Shown piece after piece: positions 55,011 to 64,000 of a stretch of 64,000 nucleotides of DNA. Position 1 is the first letter of the stretch. Each line of letters starts with the position of its first letter. The notes beneath the pieces were generated by a model. It searched no databases, was not told the DNA's origin, and was given only the letters and a program-made list of their open reading frames with translations. Source of the DNA: Candidatus Peregrinibacteria bacterium (GTDB taxonomy: Bacteria; Patescibacteriota; Gracilibacteria; UBA1369; LOWO2-01-FULL-3); the NCBI GenBank assembly GCA_018655275.1, contig JABIJZ010000010.1, positions 9,274 to 73,273 on the forward strand, in the 5' to 3' direction. Made by a program: the position numbers and the translations under genes.

Positions 55011-56312
55011 ATGAAAAAAAATGAATCAAAAATCGAACCAAAAATCCTAAAAGGTACGAGAGACTTCACGCCAGTAGAAATGGCAAAAAGAAATCTCGTT
55101 ATGGCCAAAATCCGAAAAGTTTTCGAAAAATTCGGATACGACGCCATCGAAACCCCAATCATCTGCCCAGCAGAAACGATCCTGGGGAAATATGGGGATG
55201 AAGGCAATCGCTTAACCTATAATTTTGATGACGCAGGTGGGAGACGTATTGCGCTGCCATTCGACTTAACAGTCCCATTTGCCAGATTTTTTGCAGCAAA
55301 TTGGAGAGAGCTAACTCTTCCATTCAAAAGATACCAAATCCAAAGAGTTTGGCGCGCAGAAAAACCGCAAAAAGGACGACTCAGGGAATTTTATCAATGC
55401 GATATCGATATAATAGGGACAAGAAATCTCACTGCAGAAAGTGAAATAGCCGCAGTCGTAGTCGAAGTATTCAAAGAGCTCGGTTTAGAATTCAGAATAA
55501 AAATAAATTCTAGACGGCTAATGAATACAGTTCTAGAGCGTTTCAATATCCCCGAAGAAAAACGTATAGGAGTGATAACAATCATAGATAAGATACTGAA
55601 AATAGGAGAAGAGGCCGTGATAGCAGAAATTAAAGCTTTAGGCGTAGAAAACCCAAAAGAAATTTTAGAACTTCTCAAGCCTGAGAAAAACACAAAAACA
55701 ACTTTAGAAAAATTCAAAGAATACGACCTAAAGGAAATAGAAGAATTCTTCGAAAATTGTGAGAATCTTGGAATCTCAGCAGAATATTTGGAATTCGATC
55801 CGTCCCTAGCCAGGGGATTGGACTACTACACAGGAATCATCTACGAAGTTGTAAGCAAAGACTCAGATTTTGGGACAATATGTGCAGGAGGCCGATACGA
55901 CAATCTATGCGGACTTTTTTGTAAGGAAGATTTCTCTGGACTTGGAGTGGCATTTGGATTTGAAAGAATAATGCTTCTTTTAGAAAAAACAGGTGCATTC
56001 AAAGACATCCAACTCAATTCAAAAGTTTTGGTAACTATTTTCGATGAAGAATCTAAAAAAGATTCCTTGAAAATCTACGCAGATTTAATAAAAGCAGGCA
56101 TAAATTCTGAAATCTATTTTGAGCCTGAAAAATTAGGAAAACAAATGAAATATGCCGACAAAAAACGCATTCCTTTTGTTGTCATAAGGGGCTCTGAGGA
56201 AATTGAAAAAGAAGAAGTCACCATAAAGTTCATGAACAGCGGAAAACAGAAAACAATTCCTCGTACTCAACTAACATCATATCTATCAAATTATTATGAA
56301 TCAAAAGAATAA
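55011..56312 (+). CDS. hisS: Histidine--tRNA ligase; may also serve as the HisZ partner of short HisG
   Basis: Motif 2 is VWRAEKPQKGRLREFYQCDIDIIG. The His-binding peptides RGLDYYTG and GGRYDNL are present. A full C-terminal anticodon-binding domain (VLVTIFDEE...IPFVVIRGSEEIEKEEVTIKFM) is also present. It overlaps hisG by 17 nt. Confidence 0.8.
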   Translation: MKKNESKIEPKILKGTRDFTPVEMAKRNLVMAKIRKVFEKFGYDAIETPIICPAETILGKYGDEGNRLTYNFDDAGGRRIALPFDLTVPFARFFAANWRELTLPFKRYQIQRVWRAEKPQKGRLREFYQCDIDIIGTRNLTAESEIAAVVVEVFKELGLEFRIKINSRRLMNTVLERFNIPEEKRIGVITIIDKILKIGEEAVIAEIKALGVENPKEILELLKPEKNTKTTLEKFKEYDLKEIEEFFENCENLGISAEYLEFDPSLARGLDYYTGIIYEVVSKDSDFGTICAGGRYDNLCGLFCKEDFSGLGVAFGFERIMLLLEKTGAFKDIQLNSKVLVTIFDEESKKDSLKIYADLIKAGINSEIYFEPEKLGKQMKYADKKRIPFVVIRGSEEIEKEEVTIKFMNSGKQKTIPRTQLTSYLSNYYESKE

Positions 56313-56916
56313 AAAAATCAGAATTGCCATACAAAAAAGGGGGAGACTCCAAGAACCAAGCTTAAATTTCCTGAAAAACTTAGGACTAAAATTCAAGCCA
56401 AACGGGAGTAAACTCATAACTCTTTGTACAAATGCAAACGTGGAAATATTGTACGTGAGAAACAGCGACATCCCTCAATATGTGAAATACGGCGTCGCGG
56501 ACTACGGCATAGTTGGTGAAAATGTTTTGATAGAAAAAAAAGCCAAACTCAAAATAATAAGAAGACTTGGGTTTGGAAAATGCAAACTAATAATAGCCGT
56601 TCCAAAAAAATCTAATATCAAAACCATAAATGACCTGAGCGAGGAGCGAATAGCAACGTCATATCTGAATACCCTCAAACAATATCTCAAAAACAAAAAG
56701 ATCAACGCTTCAACCATAGAGATTAATGGCTCGGTAGAAATTTGTCCGACTCTCAACATGGCGGATGCAATTTGTGACATAACCCAGACAGGAACAACTC
56801 TAAAAGAAAACAACCTTGAAATCATAGAGAAAATTCTGGATTCAGAGGCTGTGCTGATAGAAAGCCCTTTTACAAATCAAAATTTAACCCCAGAGCAATG
56901 GAAAAATATTACCTAG
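56296..56916 (+). CDS. hisG: ATP phosphoribosyltransferase, short (HisZ-dependent) form
   Basis: IRIAIQKRGRLQE, DIPQYVKYGVADYGIVGENVL and CDITQTGTTLKENNL. At 206 aa it lacks the C-terminal regulatory domain. Confidence 0.9.
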   Translation: MNQKNKKIRIAIQKRGRLQEPSLNFLKNLGLKFKPNGSKLITLCTNANVEILYVRNSDIPQYVKYGVADYGIVGENVLIEKKAKLKIIRRLGFGKCKLIIAVPKKSNIKTINDLSEERIATSYLNTLKQYLKNKKINASTIEINGSVEICPTLNMADAICDITQTGTTLKENNLEIIEKILDSEAVLIESPFTNQNLTPEQWKNIT

Positions 56917-58202
56917 AAAATTTAACCACAACCCAAGTAGACGAACTTACAAAACGTCCGGCAATCGATTTCAAATCTGTATTCGCCACCGTTCGCAAAG
57001 TCCTGGAAGACGTGAAAGAAAACGGCGACAAAGCCGTAAAAGCGTACACAAAAAGATTCGATGGGGTCGAGGTTGAAAATATCGAAGTAAGTAAAGAAGA
57101 AATTGCCGCAGCATGCAGCAAAATCGAACCAAAAACCAAAGAAGCTTTTGCAATAGCAGCATCAAACATCGAAAAATTTCACGAAACACAACTCACGGAC
57201 ACCCAACCTATAGAAACAAGCAAAGGCGTAAAGTGCTTCAGACAATCCAGACCAATCGAAAAAGTGGGGCTATACATCCCAGGAGGAACAGCACCATTGC
57301 CATCGACTGTCTTGATGCTGGCCATACCAGCAAAACTCGCCGGCTGCAAAGAAATCACAATGTGCACTCCACCCGACAAAAACGGCAAAGTTCCGGACAT
57401 TATATTATACGCAGCAAAACTCGCTGGCATCGACAAAATATACAAAATAGGCGGAGCACAAGCCATAGCTGCAATGGGCTATGGTACAGAATCAGTCCCA
57501 AAATCATACAAAATTTTTGGACCTGGAAACCAATACGTCACAGCAGCCAAGATGCTCCTGTCCATAGAACCAGGAGGCGCTGCCATGGACATGCCCGCAG
57601 GTCCATCAGAAGTCCTTGTAGTGGCAGACGAATCCGCAAACGCAGAATTCGTAGCGGCAGACTTGCTCTCACAAGCCGAACACGGAACAGATTCTCAAGC
57701 TGTTTTGGTATGTACAGACAAAGAAAAAACTGCAGAAATCCTAGAAGAAACAACAAAGCAATTAGCAAAGCTACCTCGTCGCGAAATAGCAGAAGCTGCA
57801 TTGAAAAACAGCTTTGCGCTCATAACAAAAACCATAGAAGAAGCGCTTGGTTTCTCAAACAAATACGCACCAGAACACCTGATCCTAAACACAAAAAATG
57901 CAAAAGAATACCTAGCACAAATCGAAAACGCAGGTTCAGTATTCATTGGCGCATATTCCTGTGAATCTGCAGGAGACTACGCGAGCGGAACCAATCACAC
58001 ACTACCAACATACGGTTACGCAAGATCGTATAGCGGAGTAAGCGCAGATAGTTTTATCAAAAAAATCACATTCCAAGAACTAAATGAAGATGGCATCCGG
58101 AATCTCGGACCAGTAGTCGAAAAGATGGCCGAGGTAGAACAATTGCAAGCTCACAAAAATGCGATGACCGTAAGGACGAAGTCACTAACCCAAATGAAAT
58201 GA
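56898..58202 (+). CDS. hisD: Histidinol dehydrogenase
   Basis: GLYIPGGTAPLPSTVLM, GGAQAIAAMGYGT, AGPSEVLVVAD, SQAEHG and DYASGTNHTLPT. Confidence 0.9.
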   Translation: MEKYYLENLTTTQVDELTKRPAIDFKSVFATVRKVLEDVKENGDKAVKAYTKRFDGVEVENIEVSKEEIAAACSKIEPKTKEAFAIAASNIEKFHETQLTDTQPIETSKGVKCFRQSRPIEKVGLYIPGGTAPLPSTVLMLAIPAKLAGCKEITMCTPPDKNGKVPDIILYAAKLAGIDKIYKIGGAQAIAAMGYGTESVPKSYKIFGPGNQYVTAAKMLLSIEPGGAAMDMPAGPSEVLVVADESANAEFVAADLLSQAEHGTDSQAVLVCTDKEKTAEILEETTKQLAKLPRREIAEAALKNSFALITKTIEEALGFSNKYAPEHLILNTKNAKEYLAQIENAGSVFIGAYSCESAGDYASGTNHTLPTYGYARSYSGVSADSFIKKITFQELNEDGIRNLGPVVEKMAEVEQLQAHKNAMTVRTKSLTQMK

Positions 58203-59242
58203 CTAATTTAGCCAACCTAAACATACAGGAAATGAAACCTTATTCTCCGCCACTAGAAGGACGGCGAAGTTACGAAGGCAAACTCCTCGATTTTAACGAA
58301 AGAACTGTCCCAATAAGCCGAAAAGTTATAAAGGCCTTGAAGGGTTTTATGAAAAAAGACAGGATGCAGATATATCCAGAATACGAGGATTTATGCGAAA
58401 AGATTGCTGAATATTCAGGCGTGGTTCCAAGTCAAGTCATGCTCACAAACGGCTCAGACCAAGGAATAGATTTGATTTTCCGTACATTCACAACAAAAGG
58501 CAGCAAAGTGGTGATCCCTTCCCCAAGTTTTGCTATGTTTTATCAATGTGCCCAAGTCGAACAAAACGAAATAATAAAACCAGCTTACCAAGACGATGGA
58601 TCTTTCCCGAAAACTGAAGTTTTGGAAGAAATTGAAAAAGGTGCAAAGCTCATAATAATCTGCAATCCAAACAATCCAACCGGAACAGCAATCTCACTAG
58701 AAGAAATAGAAGAAATTACCCAAAAAGCTCTAAGCAAAAAAGCAATGGTTTACGTAGATGAAGCCTATTTTGAATTTTGCAAAATCACAGCCGTAAACCT
58801 TACAAAACAATATCCAAATCTGATAGTAACAAGAACATTTTCAAAAGCATTCGGACTAGCAGCATTGAGAATTGGATACACCATTTCCTCACTACAAAAC
58901 ATAGAAGAAATGCTAAAAGTCAGAGGCCCATATGACATCAACATGTTTGCGACCAAAGCAGCGGAGGCCTCCCTCGACGATATAAATTCTCTGAACAAGT
59001 ATGTAGATGAGGTCATGAACAAGGCAAAGCCAATGGTCGAAGATTTCTTCAACAAAAACAGAATAGAATTCATTCCATCAAGGGCAAATTTTCTGTTATT
59101 CAAAACAGATAATCCTCCTGATGTAACTGAAAAGCTCAAAAAAATGGGGTTTCTTACACGGCCTCGTAACGGAGCAATTCGAGTGACAATCGGAACCGTT
59201 AAACAAATGAAAAATTTTATTAACCAATTCAAAAATGTCTAA
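58199..59242 (+). CDS. hisC: Histidinol-phosphate aminotransferase
   Basis: Class II aminotransferase layout with NPNNPTG and RTFSKAFGLAALRIGY (PLP lysine). Confidence 0.9.
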   Translation: MTNLANLNIQEMKPYSPPLEGRRSYEGKLLDFNERTVPISRKVIKALKGFMKKDRMQIYPEYEDLCEKIAEYSGVVPSQVMLTNGSDQGIDLIFRTFTTKGSKVVIPSPSFAMFYQCAQVEQNEIIKPAYQDDGSFPKTEVLEEIEKGAKLIIICNPNNPTGTAISLEEIEEITQKALSKKAMVYVDEAYFEFCKITAVNLTKQYPNLIVTRTFSKAFGLAALRIGYTISSLQNIEEMLKVRGPYDINMFATKAAEASLDDINSLNKYVDEVMNKAKPMVEDFFNKNRIEFIPSRANFLLFKTDNPPDVTEKLKKMGFLTRPRNGAIRVTIGTVKQMKNFINQFKNV

Positions 59243-60287
59243 AAACTCAACATCAAAATACGCATTTATAGACAGGGACGGAACCCTGATATATGAACCA
59301 CCGGAAGATTTTCAAATCGACAGCCTTGAAAAGCTCAATATATTCCCAGGCGTCATAGAAGGTCTCAAAAAGCTGCTCAAAGATGGGTTTCGTCTTATAT
59401 TAATCAGCAACCAAGACGGCCTTGGGACAAAATCATTTCCGAAAGAAGATTTTGAAAAACCACAAAATGAAATGCTCAGGATTTTAAAAGAAGAGGGCAT
59501 AGAATTCGAAGAAATTTTTATTTGCCCTCACCTTCCAGAAGATAACTGTGAATGTAGAAAACCAAAAACCGGGCTCACCGACGAATTCATAAGGTCGGCA
59601 AACATAAATACAAAAGAGTCATTTGTTTGTGGAGACAGAGATAGTGACAAAAAATTCGCGAACAACTTGGGGCTAAAATTTGTAGAACCACAATTATTAT
59701 TTGGTAGAAACGCTGTCGTGGTAAGAAACACAAACGAGACCAAGATAAAATTGCAATTGAACCTTGATGGCACAGGTCTATACGACATCGACACAGGGAT
59801 AGGATTTCTGGACCACATGCTGGAACTCTTTTCAAGACACTCATTAATTGATCTCAAAATAGAAGCCAAAGGTGATCTCAAAACAGACGAACACCACACA
59901 GTCGAAGACATAGGCATAACACTCGGACAAGCCCTGAAACTCGCTCTCGGAAACAAAAAAGGCATCCAAAGATACGGATTCCTGCTCCCGATGGACGAAA
60001 GCCTGGCCGAAATCGCAATGGACCTAGGAGGACGTTCGTACTTGGTGTGGAACGCCGAATTCAAAAGAGAACGCATAGGCGATATGCCGACCGAATTATT
60101 CGAAGACTTTTTCCAAGCTATTGCGGACAATCTAGAGGCAAACCTACATATCAACCTGAAATACGGAAGAAATGAACACCACATGGCAGAGGCGATCTTC
60201 AAAGCATTCGCAAAAACAATGAGATTCTCAGCAGAAAAAGATCCACGTACCCAAAATTTATTACCAACAACTAAAGGAAAATTATGA
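59235..60287 (+). CDS. hisB: Bifunctional histidinol-phosphatase / imidazoleglycerol-phosphate dehydratase
   Basis: The N-terminal HAD domain (FIDRDGTLI, CxC Zn motif EDNCECRKPKTG) is joined to C-terminal IGPD motifs (GIGFLDHML, DEHHTVEDIGI, NEHHMAEAIFKAF). Confidence 0.9.
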   Translation: MSKNSTSKYAFIDRDGTLIYEPPEDFQIDSLEKLNIFPGVIEGLKKLLKDGFRLILISNQDGLGTKSFPKEDFEKPQNEMLRILKEEGIEFEEIFICPHLPEDNCECRKPKTGLTDEFIRSANINTKESFVCGDRDSDKKFANNLGLKFVEPQLLFGRNAVVVRNTNETKIKLQLNLDGTGLYDIDTGIGFLDHMLELFSRHSLIDLKIEAKGDLKTDEHHTVEDIGITLGQALKLALGNKKGIQRYGFLLPMDESLAEIAMDLGGRSYLVWNAEFKRERIGDMPTELFEDFFQAIADNLEANLHINLKYGRNEHHMAEAIFKAFAKTMRFSAEKDPRTQNLLPTTKGKL

Positions 60288-60892
60288 TCCAAATCATCGA
60301 CTACGGAGCGGGCAATATAAAAAGTGTCCAAAACGCTCTAAAAAAACTAGGGATAGAATCAAAAATCATCAGTTCAGTAGAAGAACTGAGAACTGACTGC
60401 AAAACAATTTTCCCAGGAGTAGGGGCTGCAGGAAACGCAATGAGCGAACTCGAGAAAAGAGGCTTCGCCCAAACCATTCCCCAAATTCAAGCTCCATTCC
60501 TGGGGATTTGTCTCGGCATGCAGTTGTTGATGGAGTCCTCAGAAGAAAACGAGACGGAATGTCTAGGAATCATAAAAGGAAAAGTCCGCAAATTTCAAAA
60601 CAAACCGCCAACCCTCATCAAAATTCCACAAATAGGTTGGAACAAAGTTTCAACAAAATCCGCCGAGCCATTATTCAAAGATATTCCCGACCAAAGCTAT
60701 TTTTATTTCGTAAATTCCTATTACGTAAGTCCAGATTCAGACCAAGTCTCAACTCAGATTGGCGAGACCGCCTACGGGATCAATTTCGCATCAGCCATAA
60801 ACAAAGAAAATTTCTACGGCGTGCAATTTCACCCCGAAAAATCGGGAGAAATAGGCCTGAAATTACTCAATAACTTTTGTAAATTATGTTAA
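60284..60892 (+). CDS. hisH: Imidazole glycerol phosphate synthase, glutaminase subunit
   Basis: IDYGAGNIKSV, GICLGMQLL (catalytic Cys) and GVQFHPEKSG. Confidence 0.9.
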   Translation: MIQIIDYGAGNIKSVQNALKKLGIESKIISSVEELRTDCKTIFPGVGAAGNAMSELEKRGFAQTIPQIQAPFLGICLGMQLLMESSEENETECLGIIKGKVRKFQNKPPTLIKIPQIGWNKVSTKSAEPLFKDIPDQSYFYFVNSYYVSPDSDQVSTQIGETAYGINFASAINKENFYGVQFHPEKSGEIGLKLLNNFCKLC

Positions 60893-62352
60893 TCATACCT
60901 GCAATAGATCTCATAGATGGGAAATGTGTGCGCCTAAGCCAAGGCGATTATTCTCAAGTCAAAAATTACGACCAAGACCCAATTGAAGTTGCCCAAAAAT
61001 TCAAGAAACAAGGCATCAACTTCATACACATTATTGATTTGGAAGGAGCAAAAGAGGGAAAGCCGATAAACTTTCCCAAAACAGCTGAAGTTGCAGAGAC
61101 AACAGGTTTAGCAATCCAAACCGGAGGAGGAATCCGAACCTTCGAAGATGCTGAAAAAATCCTAAATAGCGGAATTAAAAGAGTGATCCTGGGCACTTCA
61201 GCCCTAGCCAACCCAAAATTAGTCAAAGACTTGGTCAGCAAATTCGGTGCAGATAGAATCGTCGTCTCAATAGACGCAAAAGACGGAATAGTAATGATAA
61301 AAGGATGGATTGAAAAAAGTGATCTAACCCTCGAAGAAGCTTTTGAAAAACTAAAAGATACTGGCTTAGAAATCATAATATTCACAGACGTAAAAAGAGA
61401 TGGAATGCTCAAAGGGATAAATCCAGAAAACATAAAAAAAGTCCTCAATAAAGGTTTCAAAATCATAGTAGCAGGAGGTGTAACAACACAGGAAGATATA
61501 GACCAACTCGAAACCCTCAACGTATACGGGTGCATCATCGGAAAAGCTTTGTACGAAGGGAAAATCAATCTCCCAAACCCAAACCCAAAACCAAACACTC
61601 TCTCGAAACGCATAATTCCATGCATGGATATAAAAGAAGGCAGAGTCGTAAAAGGCACAAATTTCATAAACCTAAAAGACGCAGGAGACCCTGTCGAATT
61701 AGGAAAGTTCTACAGCGATATGGGTGCAGATGAACTGATTTTCCTCGATATCATGGCAACAGTTGAAAAAAGAGATACTCTCTATGAATTAGTAAGAAGA
61801 ATTTCAGAAAACATAAATATCCCATTTACTGTTGGCGGAGGAATAAATACTTTAGAAGATATCAAAATACTTCTACAAAACGGTGCAGACAAGATCTCAA
61901 TTGGCTCGAAAGCAGCAAAAAATCCCAACTTCGTAAAAGAAGCCTCTCAAAAATTTGGTTCTCAATGCATAGTCATATCAGTCGACCCAAAAAAAATCGA
62001 TGGGAAGTGGAAGTTGTTCATAAAAGGTGGACGTGAAAACACAAATATAGACGCAATAGAATTTGCAAAGCAGATGGAACAATCAGGGGCGGGGGAGCTA
62101 CTTGTAAACTCATTAGATCGCGATGGAATGAAAAATGGATACGACATCCCTTTATTGAAAGCCATCACAAGCGCAGTAAACATTCCCGTCATTGCTTCAA
62201 GTGGCGCAGGCTCAAAAGAGGATTTCCTAGAAGCATTTGAGGAAGCAAACGTAGACGCAGCTCTAGCTGCAAGCTTATTTCACTATGGAGAAATCCAAAT
62301 CCCAGATCTCAAAAAATATCTGGCCAAAAAAAACATAACCATAAGAATATGA
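60886..62352 (+). CDS. hisAF: Fused HisA (ProFAR isomerase) :: HisF (IGP synthase cyclase subunit)
   Basis: aa 1-238 are HisA (IIPAIDLIDGKCVRLSQGDY, GGGIRT, AGGV). A Pro/Asn linker NLPNPNPKPNTLS follows. aa 250-488 are HisF (RIIPCMDIKEGRVVKG, LDIMAT, VGGGI, SVD, ASSGAG). It is a single uninterrupted ORF. Confidence 0.85.
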   Translation: MLIIPAIDLIDGKCVRLSQGDYSQVKNYDQDPIEVAQKFKKQGINFIHIIDLEGAKEGKPINFPKTAEVAETTGLAIQTGGGIRTFEDAEKILNSGIKRVILGTSALANPKLVKDLVSKFGADRIVVSIDAKDGIVMIKGWIEKSDLTLEEAFEKLKDTGLEIIIFTDVKRDGMLKGINPENIKKVLNKGFKIIVAGGVTTQEDIDQLETLNVYGCIIGKALYEGKINLPNPNPKPNTLSKRIIPCMDIKEGRVVKGTNFINLKDAGDPVELGKFYSDMGADELIFLDIMATVEKRDTLYELVRRISENINIPFTVGGGINTLEDIKILLQNGADKISIGSKAAKNPNFVKEASQKFGSQCIVISVDPKKIDGKWKLFIKGGRENTNIDAIEFAKQMEQSGAGELLVNSLDRDGMKNGYDIPLLKAITSAVNIPVIASSGAGSKEDFLEAFEEANVDAALAASLFHYGEIQIPDLKKYLAKKNITIRI

Positions 62353-62966
62353 AACCTACTAACAAATTAAATTTCGAAAAACTAGATGGACTAATCCCTG
62401 CGATCGTGCAGGATAGCTCAACCATGCAGGTCTTAATGCTAGGCTTCATGAACAAAGAAGCATACGAGCAAACTATAGAAACCAAGAAAGTGACTTTTTG
62501 GAGTAGAACAAAAAAACGTCTTTGGCAAAAAGGCGAAACTTCGGGGGATTATCTTGAAATTCTCGACATAAAAACAGACATAAAAATCGACTGCGACAAT
62601 GACACCCTCCTGATTCTCGCCAAACCACAAGGTCCAACTTGTCACAAAGGATCAGCTTCTTGTTTTGGAGAAAAAATTCCCAGAGAAAACACATTCTTCC
62701 TCAAGGAATTGGCCAATCTGATAAAAGATCGCAAAGAAAAACGACCGGAAAATTCATACACGACAACTCTATTCGAAAAAGGACTGAACGAGATCGTCAA
62801 TAAAGTTGGAGAGGAAAGTACAGAAGTCATAGTTGCGGCATTAAACGAAACAAAACAAAGACTGATCGAAGAATCTGGAGATCTTCTATATCACCTGATA
62901 GTTTTGTTGGCCGAAAAAGACATCGAACTGGATAAGGTGATTGAAGAATTAAGAGGAAGAAGTTGA
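62349..62966 (+). CDS. hisIE: Bifunctional phosphoribosyl-AMP cyclohydrolase / phosphoribosyl-ATP pyrophosphatase
   Basis: The HisI part has LIPAIVQD, WSRTKKRLWQKGETSG and CDNDTLL...GPTCH. The HisE part has SYTTTLFEKG, KVGEESTEV and ESGDLLYHLIVLL. Confidence 0.9.
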   Translation: MKPTNKLNFEKLDGLIPAIVQDSSTMQVLMLGFMNKEAYEQTIETKKVTFWSRTKKRLWQKGETSGDYLEILDIKTDIKIDCDNDTLLILAKPQGPTCHKGSASCFGEKIPRENTFFLKELANLIKDRKEKRPENSYTTTLFEKGLNEIVNKVGEESTEVIVAALNETKQRLIEESGDLLYHLIVLLAEKDIELDKVIEELRGRS

Positions 62967-63301
62967 CTTCCACCACCCAACAACATACCATGGACCTATA
63001 CCTAGGGTGTAGGTCCATTAAACCAAACAACCATGAAAGAGCCATTCAAAAAAACTCACTTGCTCATCTCAAGAAAGCGCAAGGGATGATAAAGAAAGTG
63101 ATCACCATGATTGAAGAAGATGCGTATTGCATGGATGTACTGCAGCAAAGTTTAGCCGCGACAGGTTTCATAAAGTCGGCAAACAAAGTGATCCTCGAAA
63201 ATCATTTGAACTCGTGTTTCAAAGCTGGGATGCAAAGTAAGAGCGATGCTAAACAGCAAGCCCTGATAGACGAAGTCTTAAGGATTATGGACAAGACATA
63301 A
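62963..63301 (+). CDS. CsoR/RcnR/FrmR-family metal-sensing transcriptional repressor
   Basis: LAHLKKAQGMIKKVITMIEEDAYCMDVLQQSLAATGFIKSANKVILENHLNSC shows the DUF156 pattern with the conserved Cys and a C-terminal H...C. The true start may be internal (for example Met10 at 62990). Confidence 0.75.
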   Translation: MTSTTQQHTMDLYLGCRSIKPNNHERAIQKNSLAHLKKAQGMIKKVITMIEEDAYCMDVLQQSLAATGFIKSANKVILENHLNSCFKAGMQSKSDAKQQALIDEVLRIMDKT

Positions 63302-63304
63302 ACT

Positions 63305-63613
63305 ATGAAATATTTAGCAACATTTTTAGGAGTTTTAATATCATGGAGCGTAATGTTTGCTCCTATTGTTCATGCTGAAGATGTAGCCGAAGATTCTTGC
63401 GAGACAGAGGACGAATCGCAGATTGATTGTTGTTTCTCAAGCAACATGGATAAGAGCGTCAATATCTCATTCAACTTCAAACACAATTTCAAGCACGTAC
63501 CACCACCTCAAAACTTCAATCAAAACCCATTCCCAACAAAATACTACAAACCATCTCTAGTAAATAAACCGATGCCCGCCATCAAGGAAGAAAGAACCGT
63601 AAGATTGGAATAG
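63305..63613 (+). CDS. Small secreted hypothetical protein
   Basis: A signal peptide (LATFLGVLISWSVMFAPIVHA) is followed by an acidic, Cys-containing segment (DSCETEDESQIDCC). It lies between the csoR-like and DUF411 genes. Confidence 0.45.
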   Translation: MKYLATFLGVLISWSVMFAPIVHAEDVAEDSCETEDESQIDCCFSSNMDKSVNISFNFKHNFKHVPPPQNFNQNPFPTKYYKPSLVNKPMPAIKEERTVRLE

Positions 63614-63668
63614 AAATGTTTGCATCAAATTTGCATCAATTTCTAATCAATTCTTAATAAAAATTCGC

Positions 63669-64000
63669 ATGAAATTTAAAAAGATAAAATCATTATCACT
63701 AATTATAATTGGCGCTTTGTTCTTGGCCGGATGTCACACATCAGAGCTATCCGAAAAATTCGAAACAGACGTCGTAGTCTACAAATCTCCAAATTGTGGG
63801 TGCTGCGGACAACATAGTGCATACATGGAAGACGAAGGATTCAATGTAGATATCCTCCTCACGGAAGATATGGAGGCGATAAAGCAAAAGTACAACATCC
63901 CAAGAGAAATGCAGAGCTGCCACACAGCCATAGTTGGAGATTACTTTGTGGAAGGGCACATGCCTATCGAAGCAATAGTTAAACTTTTGGAAGAAAAACC
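63669..64000 (+). CDS. DUF411 (CopG-like) metal-binding lipoprotein, partial at the window edge
   Basis: Absent from the ORF track. Manual translation from ATG 63669 gives MKFKKIKSLSLIIIGALFLAGCHTS...VVVYKSPNCGCCGQHSAYMEDEGF...MQSCHTAIVGDYFVEGHMP. It has a lipobox (LAGC) and the DUF411 CGCC and CHTA...EGH motifs. Confidence 0.7.
   Translation, partial: MKFKKIKSLSLIIIGALFLAGCHTSELSEKFETDVVVYKSPNCGCCGQHSAYMEDEGFNVDILLTEDMEAIKQKYNIPREMQSCHTAIVGDYFVEGHMPIEAIVKLLEEK

Noticed and set aside
1-64000. Alternative genetic code (UGA recoded, as in some CPR lineages)
   Set aside because: Conserved genes (pflB, purF, purD, his genes, RuBisCO) translate full-length under the standard code, and several genes (for example maf and ORF 45592) terminate sensibly at TGA.
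1-64000. CRISPR arrays, rRNA genes, IS elements or transposases
   Set aside because: I found no regularly spaced direct repeats, no rRNA-like conserved segments, and no transposase or integrase-like translations in any frame of the ORF track.

Overview
This is a densely coding bacterial window. GC is about 35-45% in lines I hand-counted. The standard genetic code is used, since conserved genes are intact with TGA as stop. Most starts lack a Shine-Dalgarno motif. The gene content points by inference to a Candidate Phyla Radiation / Patescibacteria-like genome, possibly Peregrinibacteria-like: form II/III-type RuBisCO, pyruvate formate-lyase, long ThyX, SLH-domain surface proteins, and many VirB2/TrbC-like pilin modules with PKD arrays.

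Core genes I recognise:
- pflA-pflB
- rubrerythrin, tRNA(CAU), rpsT, maf
- purD-purF-folD-tmk-like-dut
- rplA and rplK, separated from nusG-secE by a 3-kb orphan insertion
- an MscS channel, RuBisCO and an RRM protein
- a complete his operon, hisS-hisGDCBH-(hisA::hisF fusion)-hisIE
- a csoR/DUF411 copper module

The accessory content is the interesting part:
- A roughly 14-kb surface locus (30.2-44.4 kb) has two proteins that are each tandem triplications of a two-TM pilin-like module. A 1675-aa pilin-module::PKD-array fusion follows, then a 718-aa PKD membrane protein and a 1290-aa Ig/PKD protein with a C-terminal sorting-like signal.
- A 55-nt CCGGACAA-containing element is about 91% conserved upstream of two surface-protein loci.
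- A mid-50s %GC MFS transporter gene with a canonical SD looks like a recent horizontal acquisition.
- A 1376-aa STAND/AAA_16 NTPase carries apparent degenerate tandem cyclase-like domains.
- Two orphan gene sets stand out. One has a five-fold repeated module and splits nusG from rplK. The other is a 333-aa plus roughly 1300-aa pair overlapping at an A9 tract.

I saw no rRNA, CRISPR array, transposase or integrase.
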